From Acidobacteriota bacterium (lineage in GTDB: Bacteria; Acidobacteriota; Thermoanaerobaculia; Multivoradales; Multivoraceae): 64,000 nt of DNA. The stretch's first letter is position 1. Each line of letters starts with the position of its first letter. The notes under the pieces are model-generated. The model ran no database searches. It was not told the origin of the DNA and saw only the letters and a program-made list of their open reading frames with translations. Location of the stretch: positions 2,993,948 to 3,057,947 of the forward strand of contig WTGQ01000002.1 in the NCBI GenBank assembly GCA_011525365.1, given 5' to 3'. The position numbers were made by a program, and so were the translations under genes. Shown here piece after piece: positions 26,938 through 36,680 of this stretch.

Positions 26938-27662
26938 CGGGCGCTTGCTTCCGCGACGCGGCCGTCCACCATGACCAACTCGCGGTCGGCGCGGGCAGCC
27001 ACCGCCGGATCATGGGTCACCAGCACCAGGGTCGATCCGAATCGATCCCGCAGCGCCATCATCACATCGAGGACAGCCGCGCCGGTCACCGAGTCCAGGT
27101 TGCCCGTCGGCTCGTCCCCCAGAAGGATCCGGGGCTCGGCGGCGAACGCCCTGGCCAGAGCCACGCGCTGCTGCTCCCCGCCCGAGAGCTGCGACGGATA
27201 GTGGTGAACGCGTTCCGCCAGGCCGACCTCCGCCAGCAGTTCCTCCGCCCGCCGGCCGGAGCGCCTGCGTCCCAGGAGGTCGAGCGGGAACTGCACGTTC
27301 TCGCGCGCGGTCAGGTTGGGGAGCAACTGAAACGCCTGGAAGACGAAGCCGATCTTCTCGCGCCGCAGCAGGGCCAGTTCGTCCTCGCTCAGATGCTCGA
27401 TCGGCTGACCATCGATCAGGACGCTCCCGGCGGTAGGCCGGTCGAGTCCGGCAAGCAGCGCGAGCAGCGTCGACTTGCCGGCCCCGGAAGGTCCCCGGAC
27501 CGACACGCACTCGCCGGCCGCCACTTCGAGATCGACATCGTCGACCACGACCAGGGTGCGTTCCCCTGAACTCAGCTCGCGACGAAGTCCGCGCGTCTCG
27601 AGGCGGGCAGGGGCCCCCTGCGACGCGGGCGCAGCCGCCCCGATCGCCTCTTCGGGACTCAA
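26934..27662 (-). CDS. ABC transporter ATP-binding protein (LolD/MacB-ATPase-like)
   Basis: Walker A GPSGAGKST, Q-loop, signature LSGGEQQR, Walker B ILLGDEPT. TTG 27662 overlaps the upstream MBL stop (TTGA). The track ORF extension to 28643 is a shadow over the MBL gene. Confidence 0.9.
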   Translation of the reverse strand: MSPEEAIGAAAPASQGAPARLETRGLRRELSSGERTLVVVDDVDLEVAAGECVSVRGPSGAGKSTLLALLAGLDRPTAGSVLIDGQPIEHLSEDELALLRREKIGFVFQAFQLLPNLTARENVQFPLDLLGRRRSGRRAEELLAEVGLAERVHHYPSQLSGGEQQRVALARAFAAEPRILLGDEPTGNLDSVTGAAVLDVMMALRDRFGSTLVLVTHDPAVAARADRELVMVDGRVAEASAR

Positions 27663-28342
27663 ACGTAGCCCAGCATCGCCCGCCACTGCTCGAGACTGTC
27701 CGGTCGGAGGTAAGCGTTCCACATGAGCTCCCGGCCGATCGTCGAGCTGGACTCGGGGCCGTAGTCGTGGCCCGGATAGATCGCGAGTTCCGGCGGCAGG
27801 CTCTTCAGCCGCTGCAGCGAGCGGTACATCGCGTCGACATCGCTGTGCGGCAGGTCGATCCGTCCGATCCCCTGCACGAACAGCGTGTCCGCGGTCAGTA
27901 CGTGGCTGCCCGCGCGGAAGCAGCAACTGCCCGGCGAGTGGCCCGGGGTGTGCAGCACCTCGACCGCCAGGTCGCCCAGTTCGAGGACGTCGCCGTCCCG
28001 GAACGACTCCACGCGGTGGGGCGGGCAACCGGCGATCTCGGCGCCGCGCTCCGCCTCCGCCTCGTGAATCAGCATGGGCAAATCGAACTCCGCGCGGAGT
28101 TCGCGGACACCAGGAACGTGCTGGCCGAAGATGTCGCCGCCGATGTGATCCTGGTGAAAGTGAGTCGCCAGCACGCCGACCACCTCGTAGCCCTGCTCCT
28201 CCGCGATCCTGACGACCCCGACCGGCTCCCAGGCCGGATCGACGACCCAGGCGCGGCGGGTCGACGGGTCGGCCAAGACGTAGACGAAGTTCGCCATCGG
28301 TCCGGCCTGGATCTGGATCAGGCGCGGTTCGCCGTCGCTCAT
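27659..28342 (-). CDS. MBL-fold hydrolase (glyoxalase II / hydroxyacylglutathione-hydrolase-like)
   Basis: THFHQDHIGG (H-x-H-x-D-H), HTPGHSPGS, and GHDYG motifs. Confidence 0.85.
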   Translation of the reverse strand: MSDGEPRLIQIQAGPMANFVYVLADPSTRRAWVVDPAWEPVGVVRIAEEQGYEVVGVLATHFHQDHIGGDIFGQHVPGVRELRAEFDLPMLIHEAEAERGAEIAGCPPHRVESFRDGDVLELGDLAVEVLHTPGHSPGSCCFRAGSHVLTADTLFVQGIGRIDLPHSDVDAMYRSLQRLKSLPPELAIYPGHDYGPESSSTIGRELMWNAYLRPDSLEQWRAMLGYV

Positions 28343-28392
28343 CGTCCGCGGAATCTACCCCGGCCCCGGCCGGAGTTGTAATCTCGCCGGCC

Positions 28393-29160
28393 ATGACCGC
28401 CAAAGACGCACGACGCATTTTCGATCTGTCCGGACGCACCGCCCTCGTCACAGGCGGCAGCCGCGGTCTCGGCCGCGAGATGTCCCTCGCCTTCGCCGCC
28501 GCCGGGGCGAGCGTCGTCGTCACCAGCCGCAGGATCGACTCCTGCCTCTCCGTCGTCTCGGAGATCGAAGCGATGGGCGGCGAAGGTCTCGCCCATGCCT
28601 GCCACGTCGGCCGCTGGAACGAGGTGGACGCCCTGATCGACACCGCCTACGAGCGCTTCGGCAAGGTCGATGTCCTGGTCAACAACGCCGGCATGTCACC
28701 GCTCTACCCGAGCCTCTCCGAAGTCAGCGAAGAGCTGTTCGACAAGGTCGTCGGCGTCAACCTGAAGGGGCCATTTCGACTTGCCGCCGTGATCGGCTCG
28801 CGGATGGCCGAAGGCGACGGCGGCAGCATCATCAACGTGACCAGCACCGCCGCAATCCACCCGAGCGCCAATGCCGAACCGTACGGCGCGGCCAAGGCGG
28901 GATTGAACGCCCTGACCGAGTCGCTCGCTCACGCCTACGGCCCCAAGGTCCGGGTCAACGCGATCATGCCCGGGCCGTTCCTGACCGACATCTCGAAAGC
29001 GTGGGATCTGGAAGCGTTCAACCGGCGCGCGAAGACCTCCATCGCGCTCGGCCGCGGCGGGGAGCCGGACGAGATCGTGGGCGCGGCGCTCTACCTCGCC
29101 TCCGGCGCCTCGAGCTACACGACGGGGGCGATCCTGCGAATCGACGGCGGCAGCCGTTGA
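28393..29160 (+). CDS. SDR family oxidoreductase
   Basis: ALVTGGSRGLGREM, NNAG, and YGAAKAG catalytic Y-x3-K. Confidence 0.9.
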   Translation: MTAKDARRIFDLSGRTALVTGGSRGLGREMSLAFAAAGASVVVTSRRIDSCLSVVSEIEAMGGEGLAHACHVGRWNEVDALIDTAYERFGKVDVLVNNAGMSPLYPSLSEVSEELFDKVVGVNLKGPFRLAAVIGSRMAEGDGGSIINVTSTAAIHPSANAEPYGAAKAGLNALTESLAHAYGPKVRVNAIMPGPFLTDISKAWDLEAFNRRAKTSIALGRGGEPDEIVGAALYLASGASSYTTGAILRIDGGSR

Positions 29161-29162
29161 CG

Positions 29163-31454
29163 ATGACGTCACTCGAGCCCCGCCGCGCCCTCGGCGCGGT
29201 CGCCCTGGCGCTCTTCGCCTGCGGAGGCGGCGACTCGCCGCCGGTCGTTACCGATCTCGCCTCAAACCTCGATCTTGCCGACCTTACGGCCGAATCGAGC
29301 GAGGTCGTTCCGAGCGACTACGACCGGCGACGGGAACTGATGACCGGCTGGTCCCCGCCCCGGCAGGATGCTGAAGGCGCCTTCGCCACCAACGAGGGAC
29401 TGCGTTCGGAGATCTCCTGGCGTCTCGCCTGGACCCGACCGCTCGAGCTCGTGCTCACCGGTCGTTCCATGACTGCCGCGAACGACGAATCGACGACGGT
29501 GGCGGTCTCCTGGAACGGCCAACCGCTCGGCGACCTCCGCCTGACCGCGGACGCCGGCATGCAGGACCACCGGCTGGAAGTGCCGCGTAACGTGCAACGG
29601 ATCGGCGCCAACACGATTGGTCTCGACCACTCCACGGTCGACGCGTCCTCCGCGACACCGCCGGAGGTCGCCTGGAGTCGCATCCGGGTCGAGGGGGCCG
29701 GCGTCGACATCAAGCCGGCGGCGGGCGCCGAGGGAGCCTTGCGATTGCCTTTCAGAACGGCAGTCGACTTCTACGTCATGCTGCCCGACGGCGGTTCTCT
29801 CACGCTGGACGACATCGAGCTCTACGGTCCACAGGGCGCCTGGAGGAACACCGACCCTGCCCCCGCGCTTCTGGTCTCCGTCCATCGCTACCCGGCGGCG
29901 CCGCCCGTAGTGAGCGAGACGATCACGGAGGAGCGCCGGCGCATCCGTCTGCGGCCGCACCACCTCCCGATCAGGGTCCGCATCGAGGCGGTGGCCGGCG
30001 CGCGACTGCCACAGGCCGAGGCCGGATTCCGCTTCTTCGGCGCACTGCACAGCGGGGACAATCCGTGGCCGCACGCGGCTTCACCCGCCGGCGCGGCGCC
30101 GACGGCCGCTGCTTCCGCAGCGGCAACATCCCCCGGACCGGAGGACGCCGCCAACAGCCCCCGCGCGAAACCTCCTCACGTACTCATCTTCCTCGTCGAT
30201 ACGCTCCGGGCCGATCGACTCGGCTGCTACGGCTACGATCGTCCGACCTCGCCGAACATCGACCGGTTCGCGGCCGGAGCCGTTCGGTTCGAGCACGCGG
30301 TGGCCCAGTCCTCCTGGACCCGGCCGTCGACGGCCAGCATCCTCACCGGCCTCTATCCGCACAACCACGGCGCCCGCAGCAGAAACCACGTTCTGGCCCG
30401 CGACGTCGCCTACCTGCCCGAGGTCCTCCGCTCGATCGGCTATCGGGCGCTCGGCGTGTCCAGCAACAGCATCGCGGGACCGACCTTCGGGTTCCGCCGC
30501 GGCTTCAGCCACTTCAAGCAACTGCCGGAGAACCTCTCGAGCCCCGGCATCCACATTCCGGCGTGGCGAGTCGTCAACGAGACGCTGGAGTGGCTTGAAC
30601 GGATAGGTCCCGAAGACTCCTTCTTCGTGTTCATGCACGCGATGGACCCGCACGCGCCTTACCACCCCCCGGAGCCCCACCGGTCGCGCTTCGCGCCTGA
30701 CGCTCCCGCCGGCGCCCTGGGGCAGAACATGGGCAAGCTGCAGCCCTTCGAGATCCCTCATCTGAGCGACGTCTACGACGCCGAGATCGCCTCGGTGGAC
30801 GAGCACTTCGGCCGCCTGCTCGAAGAGCTCGACAGGCGAGGTTTCCTCGACGACACTCTGGTCGTGTTCGTTTCCGACCACGGCGAGGAGTTCCAGGACC
30901 ACGGCAACCACGGCCACGGTTCCAACCTCTACCGTGAACAGATCCACGTACCCCTGATCGTCCAGCTCCCGGCCCGGCTGCGCGCGGCGGTCGAACGCTC
31001 GGTGGTCGAAGAACAGGTGCAGCAGATCGATATCGCGCCGACGATTCTCGAAGCGATCGGGCGCCCCGGTCTGATCGAGACCGACGGCCGGTCGCTCCTG
31101 CCTCTGATGCGCTCCCAGGGCAGCCGGGAGGAGCACCGGGTCGCCATGTCCGACCTCCGCAACGACGGAGAGGCCGTCGACGCGCTACTGCTCGAGGAGG
31201 ACGAGGAGCCCCGCCGCAAGCTGATCGACTACTGGAGCGCCTCGTTCGGGCAGACTCACCAGCTCTTCGACACGACCAACGACCCGGCCGAACTGAACAA
31301 TCTGCGCGCGAGGGAACCGCATTGGGCCGGCTATCTCCGGGCCGTCGGCAGACTCATGCGCCGTGGATCGCGGCAGCAACTCGAACCCGGTCTGGAACCG
31401 GACATGCCGCCGGAACAGCGCCGGGCGCTCGAAGCGCTCGGCTACCTGGACTAG
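29163..31454 (+). CDS. Lipoprotein: unknown roughly 380-aa N-terminal domain plus sulfatase-like hydrolase/transferase (alkaline-phosphatase superfamily, Thr-type nucleophile)
   Basis: Lipobox LALFACGG. Catalytic domain begins VLIFLVDTLRADRLGCYGY and has SSWTRPSTASILTG (Thr where true sulfatases have C/S-x-P-x-R). ATG at 29163, 3 nt after the SDR stop. Confidence 0.8.
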   Translation: MTSLEPRRALGAVALALFACGGGDSPPVVTDLASNLDLADLTAESSEVVPSDYDRRRELMTGWSPPRQDAEGAFATNEGLRSEISWRLAWTRPLELVLTGRSMTAANDESTTVAVSWNGQPLGDLRLTADAGMQDHRLEVPRNVQRIGANTIGLDHSTVDASSATPPEVAWSRIRVEGAGVDIKPAAGAEGALRLPFRTAVDFYVMLPDGGSLTLDDIELYGPQGAWRNTDPAPALLVSVHRYPAAPPVVSETITEERRRIRLRPHHLPIRVRIEAVAGARLPQAEAGFRFFGALHSGDNPWPHAASPAGAAPTAAASAAATSPGPEDAANSPRAKPPHVLIFLVDTLRADRLGCYGYDRPTSPNIDRFAAGAVRFEHAVAQSSWTRPSTASILTGLYPHNHGARSRNHVLARDVAYLPEVLRSIGYRALGVSSNSIAGPTFGFRRGFSHFKQLPENLSSPGIHIPAWRVVNETLEWLERIGPEDSFFVFMHAMDPHAPYHPPEPHRSRFAPDAPAGALGQNMGKLQPFEIPHLSDVYDAEIASVDEHFGRLLEELDRRGFLDDTLVVFVSDHGEEFQDHGNHGHGSNLYREQIHVPLIVQLPARLRAAVERSVVEEQVQQIDIAPTILEAIGRPGLIETDGRSLLPLMRSQGSREEHRVAMSDLRNDGEAVDALLLEEDEEPRRKLIDYWSASFGQTHQLFDTTNDPAELNNLRAREPHWAGYLRAVGRLMRRGSRQQLEPGLEPDMPPEQRRALEALGYLD

Positions 31455-32230
31455 GCGCGGCGAACCGTCAGTCCGCCGTCCACCGGCAGCGCGACGCCGG
31501 TGATGAACGACGACGCCGGCAGGCAGAGATGCAGCGTGCCGTGGGCCACTTCCTCGGGATCGCCGTAGCGACGTAGCGCGGTGCGCCGCCGGGCGTAGAT
31601 CTGCTTGTGCTCCTCAGAGATCCGCTCCGTCATCGCGGTACGGATCGGCCCGGGGCAGATGCAGTTCACCGTGATGCCCTCCTTGCCGAGTTCAACCGCC
31701 AGGCCCCGGGTCAGCCCGATGACCCCGGTCTTCGCCGCCGAATAGGCGCTGTTGAGCGCCGTCGCTCCCAGCCCCTCGGTGGAAGCGATGTTGACGATCC
31801 TCGGCGAACTCGACTTGCGGAGCCAGGGCAGCGCGGCCCGAACCGTCCGCTGGTGGGCGGTGAGGAGGACGTTGACCGTCTCCTGCCAGCGCGCCTCGTA
31901 CTCGTCCGCGTCGATCGGGCCGCCGCGGGAGATGCCGGCGTTGTTGACCAGGATGTCCAGACCGCCGTAGCGGCCGGCAACCTCGTCAACCACGCGACGG
32001 ATCGCATCGCCGTCGCCCACATCGAGCGTCCAGGCAGTGGCCTCCCGGCCGGCGGCCTCGATCTCGGCCACCGTCGCCCGTACACCCTCCGCGTTGATGT
32101 CCGTGGCGGCGACGTTGGCGCCCTCAGCCGCGAACAGTTTGGCCGTCGCCCGCCCCATGCCGGAGGCGCAGCCCGTGATGAGCGCCGTCAGGCCCTCGAC
32201 CGACCGGCTCAACGTGCTCAGCCCCGCCAT
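31451..32230 (-). CDS. SDR family oxidoreductase
   Basis: ALITGCASGMGRATA, NNAG, YSAAKTG. ATG 32230 overlaps the aminotransferase stop (TGATG). Confidence 0.9.
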   Translation of the reverse strand: MAGLSTLSRSVEGLTALITGCASGMGRATAKLFAAEGANVAATDINAEGVRATVAEIEAAGREATAWTLDVGDGDAIRRVVDEVAGRYGGLDILVNNAGISRGGPIDADEYEARWQETVNVLLTAHQRTVRAALPWLRKSSSPRIVNIASTEGLGATALNSAYSAAKTGVIGLTRGLAVELGKEGITVNCICPGPIRTAMTERISEEHKQIYARRRTALRRYGDPEEVAHGTLHLCLPASSFITGVALPVDGGLTVRRA

Positions 32231-33660
32231 CAAGACGCTCCTCCACCGGCCTCGATCCAGGCCAGTGTGTCGTCCAGAGCACGGCCGAAGCTCTCCAGGA
32301 TCTCGTCGATGTCCGATTCCGTGACCACGAGCGGCGGGCAGAAGGCCACCGTGTCGCCCAGCGCGCGGAGGATGACGCCGTGCTCCAGGCAGCGGCGTTC
32401 CATATGGGCGCCGACGCCTCGCTCCGGCGCGAAGGCCGCTCGGCTCGCCTTGTCCGCCACGAGTTCGCAGGCGCCGATCATGCCCATGCCGCGGGTCTCT
32501 CCCACCAGGGGGTGATCGTCGAAGCGCGCCAACCGCTCCTGGAAGTAGCTCCCTACGCGGGCCGCGTTGCCGTAGACGTCCCGCTCCTCCATCAGTTCGA
32601 GGGCGCGCAACGCCACCGCCGCGCAAACCGGATGCCCGGCGTACGTGTAGCCGTGCCCGAACACGCCCCAGCGTTCGCCCGCCTCGACCAGCACGTCGAC
32701 CATCGAGTCCGGCGCCAGTACCGCGCTGATCGGCAGGTAGGCGGAGGACAGGGCCTTGGCCAGGCTCACCGTCGTCGGCTTCATGCCCACCGCCTCGGCA
32801 CCGAAGCGTGTGCCCAGCCGTCCGAAGCCGCAGATCACCTCGTCATCGATCAGCGCCACCTCATGCTCGTCCAGGACCGCCTGGATGCGTTCGTAGTAGC
32901 CCCTGGGCGGTACCACGACGCCACCCGCGCCCAGGACCGGCTCCGCGATGAAGGCCGCCACGGTCTCGGGGCCTTCCGCGCGAATCAGGTCGTCGAGCTC
33001 GCAGGCCAGCCGCTCGGCGAACTCGTCCTCGGTCTCGCCGGGTTCCGCCTCGCGGTAGTGGTGCGGGCAGGTGACGTGGAGAATCCCCGGCAGCGGCAGA
33101 TCGAAGCTCTTGTGGAAGGCCGGCAGGCCGGTGAGGCTGCCTGCGCCGAGCGTCGAGCCGTGGTAGGCCCGCCTGCGGCTGATGATCTTCTTCTTCTCCG
33201 TTCGGCCCAAGGCGTTGTTGTAGTACCAGGCGAGCTTGATCTGGGTCTCGTTCGCGTCGGAGCCAGACACGCCGAAGAACGTCTTGGCGTAGGGGATCGG
33301 GGCCATCTCCCGCAGCTTCTCCGCCAGCGCCACCGCCGGTTCGTGGCTCTTGCCGGCGAAGAGGTGAGTGTAGGAGAGGTCCCGCATCTGCTCCGCCGCC
33401 ACCTCGGCCAGCTCTTCCACGCCGTAGCCGAGGGCCGTGCACCAGAGGCCGGCCAGACCCTCGATGTACTCCCTGCCCTGCTCGTCCCAGACCCGGATGC
33501 CCTCCGCACGGGCGACGACGAACGGACCGTTGCGGCGATGATCCGCCAGGTGGGTCGTCGGGTGGAGGACCGTCTCGATGTCCCGGGCGGCGATGCCGGC
33601 GGCGGTGGGCGATGCGGCGGTTGCGGGCAGGCTCATGTCAACTCCCGTTTCGGGTGTCAT
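32230..33660 (-). CDS. Class III (omega-) aminotransferase
   Basis: GLWCTALGYG, SGSDANE, DEVICGFGRLG, PLP-lysine region SLAKALSSAYLPISA. 476 aa (an alternative ATG lies 8 codons in). Confidence 0.9.
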   Translation of the reverse strand: MTPETGVDMSLPATAASPTAAGIAARDIETVLHPTTHLADHRRNGPFVVARAEGIRVWDEQGREYIEGLAGLWCTALGYGVEELAEVAAEQMRDLSYTHLFAGKSHEPAVALAEKLREMAPIPYAKTFFGVSGSDANETQIKLAWYYNNALGRTEKKKIISRRRAYHGSTLGAGSLTGLPAFHKSFDLPLPGILHVTCPHHYREAEPGETEDEFAERLACELDDLIRAEGPETVAAFIAEPVLGAGGVVVPPRGYYERIQAVLDEHEVALIDDEVICGFGRLGTRFGAEAVGMKPTTVSLAKALSSAYLPISAVLAPDSMVDVLVEAGERWGVFGHGYTYAGHPVCAAVALRALELMEERDVYGNAARVGSYFQERLARFDDHPLVGETRGMGMIGACELVADKASRAAFAPERGVGAHMERRCLEHGVILRALGDTVAFCPPLVVTESDIDEILESFGRALDDTLAWIEAGGGAS

Positions 33661-33721
33661 CGGTGCGCTCCACGACGAGCGCTCGGACAGGCGCGACAGT
33701 CTACAGACGAGACCGCGGCCG

Positions 33722-33780
33722 CTACAGGTCCGTGTCGCCCCTCAGCAACTGCCGAACTCTCGAACAGAGAGCAGGATCGC
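33722..33780 (-). pseudogene. 59-nt fragment echoing the 3' end (last 11 codons plus stop) of the adjacent acyl-CoA dehydrogenase gene
   Basis: Encodes ...VRQLLRGDTDL-TAG versus the real C-terminus VRQLVRGDTDL-TGA. Begins at the nucleotide after the real stop. No start codon in its frame. Confidence 0.45.
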
Positions 33781-34995
33781 TCAGAGATCCGTGTCGCCCC
33801 GGACAAGTTGCCTGACGATCATCCGGTTCAGGATCTCGTTCGAACCGTCGGCCACGTTCACCACCCGCAGCGCCTTCCACGCCTCGGTGAAGCCGAGGTC
33901 GTTGGTGAAGCCAAGGGCGCCGTGAGTCTGCATCGCCCGGTCGACGGCCCGCAGCCCCACCTGGACCGAGTAGGCCTTCGTCATGCTCAGCTCCTTGATG
34001 GCGCGGCTGCCGCCGTCAAGTAGCCGGGCGGCGTTTCTCCCCATCAGGTGGGCAGCGTGGAGTTCCGTTGCGGACTCGGCCAGGGGAAAGCTGACTCCCT
34101 GGTACTCGGCGATCGGGGAGCCGAAGGCTTCACGCTTCTGCGCATAGTCGAGCGCGGTCTCGATCGCCCAACGACCCGTCCCCACCGCCCGCGCCGAGTT
34201 GTAGACGCGGCCGAGCGAGACGCCATAGAGCGCCGCGGCCAGACCCTTGTCGACCTCGCCGATGACCTGCCACGGTTCGACGTAGAGGCCCTCCAGCGCG
34301 ATCTCCGCCTCGTCGCCGCCGATATCGCCGAACAGCTCGACAACGCGAACTCGCCTGAATCCTCCGGCATCGGTCGGCACGATGAAGGCGGTGATCCCCT
34401 GCTCGCCGGTACGCGCGAAGAGCACGCAGTAGTCGGCGATCGGCCCGTGGGTGGTCCAGATCTTCCGGCCGGTGATCCGCCAGCCGTCGCCGTCCCGCTC
34501 AGCTCTCGTCGCGAGCGCCGAGAGGTCGGAACCTGCGCCCGGCTCCGAGAGCCCGAAGCACATGATCTTCGAGCCGTCCATCAGCCCCGGCAGGAAGCGC
34601 GCGCGCGCCCGCTCGGTAAGTTGCGACAGGAGCCGGCTGGGACCGAACGCCCAGTGGGACATGACGTGCTGGAGGAGCCACGGCCGCGGCCCAAAGCGAT
34701 GAAAGAGCGCCTGCCAGCCGGCGTAGTAGGCGAGATGTCCGTGGCCGCCGCCACCGAGTTCCTCCGGTACGCACGCGGTGAAGATCCCCTCGCGAGCAGA
34801 CGCTGTGCGCACTTCCCTGATCAGGTCGACGACGGCGGGTTGGAGCCGCCCGCCGGCGTCGTAACGCTCGCGCGGATGGTCGAGCAGTGCGCCGTGACGC
34901 TCATGCCGCGGTAACACCTCGCGCTCGGCGAACTCCAGCGTTCGCTGCCGGAAATCGTCGACTTCCGGCGGCAGCGGCTCGGCAATCGCGGTCAC
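33781..34995 (-). CDS. Acyl-CoA dehydrogenase
   Basis: 404 aa. GLSEPGAGSD, ITGRKIWTT, and C-terminal QGVSFPLAESATELHAA...GSNEILNRMI motifs. Confidence 0.9.
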   Translation of the reverse strand: MTAIAEPLPPEVDDFRQRTLEFAEREVLPRHERHGALLDHPRERYDAGGRLQPAVVDLIREVRTASAREGIFTACVPEELGGGGHGHLAYYAGWQALFHRFGPRPWLLQHVMSHWAFGPSRLLSQLTERARARFLPGLMDGSKIMCFGLSEPGAGSDLSALATRAERDGDGWRITGRKIWTTHGPIADYCVLFARTGEQGITAFIVPTDAGGFRRVRVVELFGDIGGDEAEIALEGLYVEPWQVIGEVDKGLAAALYGVSLGRVYNSARAVGTGRWAIETALDYAQKREAFGSPIAEYQGVSFPLAESATELHAAHLMGRNAARLLDGGSRAIKELSMTKAYSVQVGLRAVDRAMQTHGALGFTNDLGFTEAWKALRVVNVADGSNEILNRMIVRQLVRGDTDL

Positions 34996-35004
34996 GGCGC
35001 GAAA

Positions 35005-36654
35005 CTAGCCGCCGAGGGCCCGATCCAGGGCATCGAGCTTCTCGTTCAGCACACCCGACTCGGCGCCGACCGTATCCCCGACGACCAGCGCCTGGTCGGT
35101 TTCGGGCTCGTATCGCGGCCACTCGGGCAGCCCCTCGCCGTTCGTGTTGCCGGTCTTCGCGAAGTTCGTCCAGTAGCTCGACAGCAGGTCGGCGATCTCG
35201 TGATCCCAGTCCTCCCAGTTGATCCCCACCAGGTCGGTGTTGCCGAAGACGTAGGCCAGATCGCCGGAGTGGTAGGCGCCCATCCCACGGGGACCGCCTT
35301 CGCCGCCCAGATCCGGGCGATCCGGCAGGTACAGCCGGAACACCGGCGGCGCGTGCGGGATGTAGTAGAGGTACGCGTCGCCGCCGGCGGCCGCGGCGTG
35401 GCGGACCCAGGTCCTGCTACCCCAGCCGAAGATCGTGTCGGAGAAGATCAGGCCCGGCACCGCCCCGGGCGCCGCCTCCGCCTCGGCGGCGTAGGCGGCC
35501 AGGAGCCCGGCGCCCGCCTCCCCGTACTGCTCCTCCAGCTGTCGCTCGAGTTCCTGGCGTTCGAGCGGCGGACCGGGCGCGAAGAGCGCGCGCGACTCGT
35601 CGCCCATGAAGCCGACCATCATCGGCACCCGGTTGTGCTCGCCGCGGGCATAGATCGCCGACGGCTGATCGGGCAGGTACCAGCCGTCGACCACCGTCTT
35701 TGCTCCGTCAGACCAACCGGAAGTGCCGGATCCAGCCAGCACGTCCGCGGCTGAAGCAGCCCGCATCGCGGCGGCGATGTCAGAGGCGGCGGCATCCGCC
35801 GCAACGCCCAGCTCCCCGGCGAGCAGCACGCCGCGTTGCTCCGCCTGTTCCAGGCCCTCGAGCGGAGTGAAGCAACCCGCGGACTGACCGATCGCGCGAT
35901 GGAACAGACCCGCCGACAGTGGCGATGCGACCAGGCTGCACACGCTCATCGAACCCGCCGACTGGCCGAAGATGGTCACTCGCGACGGGTCGCCGCCGAA
36001 CGCCGCCGCGTTGTCCCGCACCCATCGCAGCGCGGCGATCTTGTCGAGCAGGCCGTAGTTGCCGGACGAACCGTGCTCCGACTCGGCGGCGAGCGCCCCG
36101 TGGGCCAGGAAGCCTAAGGCGCCCAGCCGGTAGTTGATCGAAACCAGGACGACGCCCTTACGGGCAAGCGCCGCGCCGTCGAAGATGAGCGAAGACCCGT
36201 GCCCGACCTCGTGGCTGCCGCCATGGAACCAGACCATGACGGGCCGCGGACCGGCGTCGTCAGCCGCCGCGGTCCAAAGATCGAGATAGAGGCAGTCCTC
36301 GCTACGGTCGAGTTCGCCGCGGCTCCAGATGGACGTGTCGGAACTGATCGCCTGCCAGCACGGCGCACCCGACTCCAGGGCCGGCCGGACACCGTCCCAC
36401 GATGCCGGCGGTTCCGGCGGCCGCCAGCGCAGGTCTCCCACCGGCGGCGCCGCGTAGGGAATGCCGCGGAAGGCGAGCACGTCGCCGGCGGGGCCGCGGC
36501 CGTCGTCGACCGGCGCGCCTTGGACCGTACCGTAGGAGGTCTCGACGAGACCCGGACCGCCGGTACCGGGCTCGCCGGCCGGCTCGCACCCAACCATGGC
36601 GATCGCCATCGGACACAGAATCACGGCGAACGGCAATTGGCATCGACGTCCCAT
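35005..36654 (-). CDS. Type-B carboxylesterase/lipase family lipoprotein
   Basis: EDCLYLDLW, VMVWFHGGS, and nucleophile elbow FGQSAGS. Lipobox AMVGC. ATG 36654 is preceded by AAGGAG with a 7-nt spacing. Confidence 0.85.
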   Translation of the reverse strand: MGRRCQLPFAVILCPMAIAMVGCEPAGEPGTGGPGLVETSYGTVQGAPVDDGRGPAGDVLAFRGIPYAAPPVGDLRWRPPEPPASWDGVRPALESGAPCWQAISSDTSIWSRGELDRSEDCLYLDLWTAAADDAGPRPVMVWFHGGSHEVGHGSSLIFDGAALARKGVVLVSINYRLGALGFLAHGALAAESEHGSSGNYGLLDKIAALRWVRDNAAAFGGDPSRVTIFGQSAGSMSVCSLVASPLSAGLFHRAIGQSAGCFTPLEGLEQAEQRGVLLAGELGVAADAAASDIAAAMRAASAADVLAGSGTSGWSDGAKTVVDGWYLPDQPSAIYARGEHNRVPMMVGFMGDESRALFAPGPPLERQELERQLEEQYGEAGAGLLAAYAAEAEAAPGAVPGLIFSDTIFGWGSRTWVRHAAAAGGDAYLYYIPHAPPVFRLYLPDRPDLGGEGGPRGMGAYHSGDLAYVFGNTDLVGINWEDWDHEIADLLSSYWTNFAKTGNTNGEGLPEWPRYEPETDQALVVGDTVGAESGVLNEKLDALDRALGG

Positions 36655-36680
36655 TTCGGTTCTCCTTCGCAGCCCCACCG

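Noticed and set aside
33722-33816. The echo pairs as DGR template/variable repeats
   Set aside because: The substitutions are not restricted to adenine positions of one copy, the repeats are only about 30-36 nt, and no reverse transcriptase gene is present in the window.
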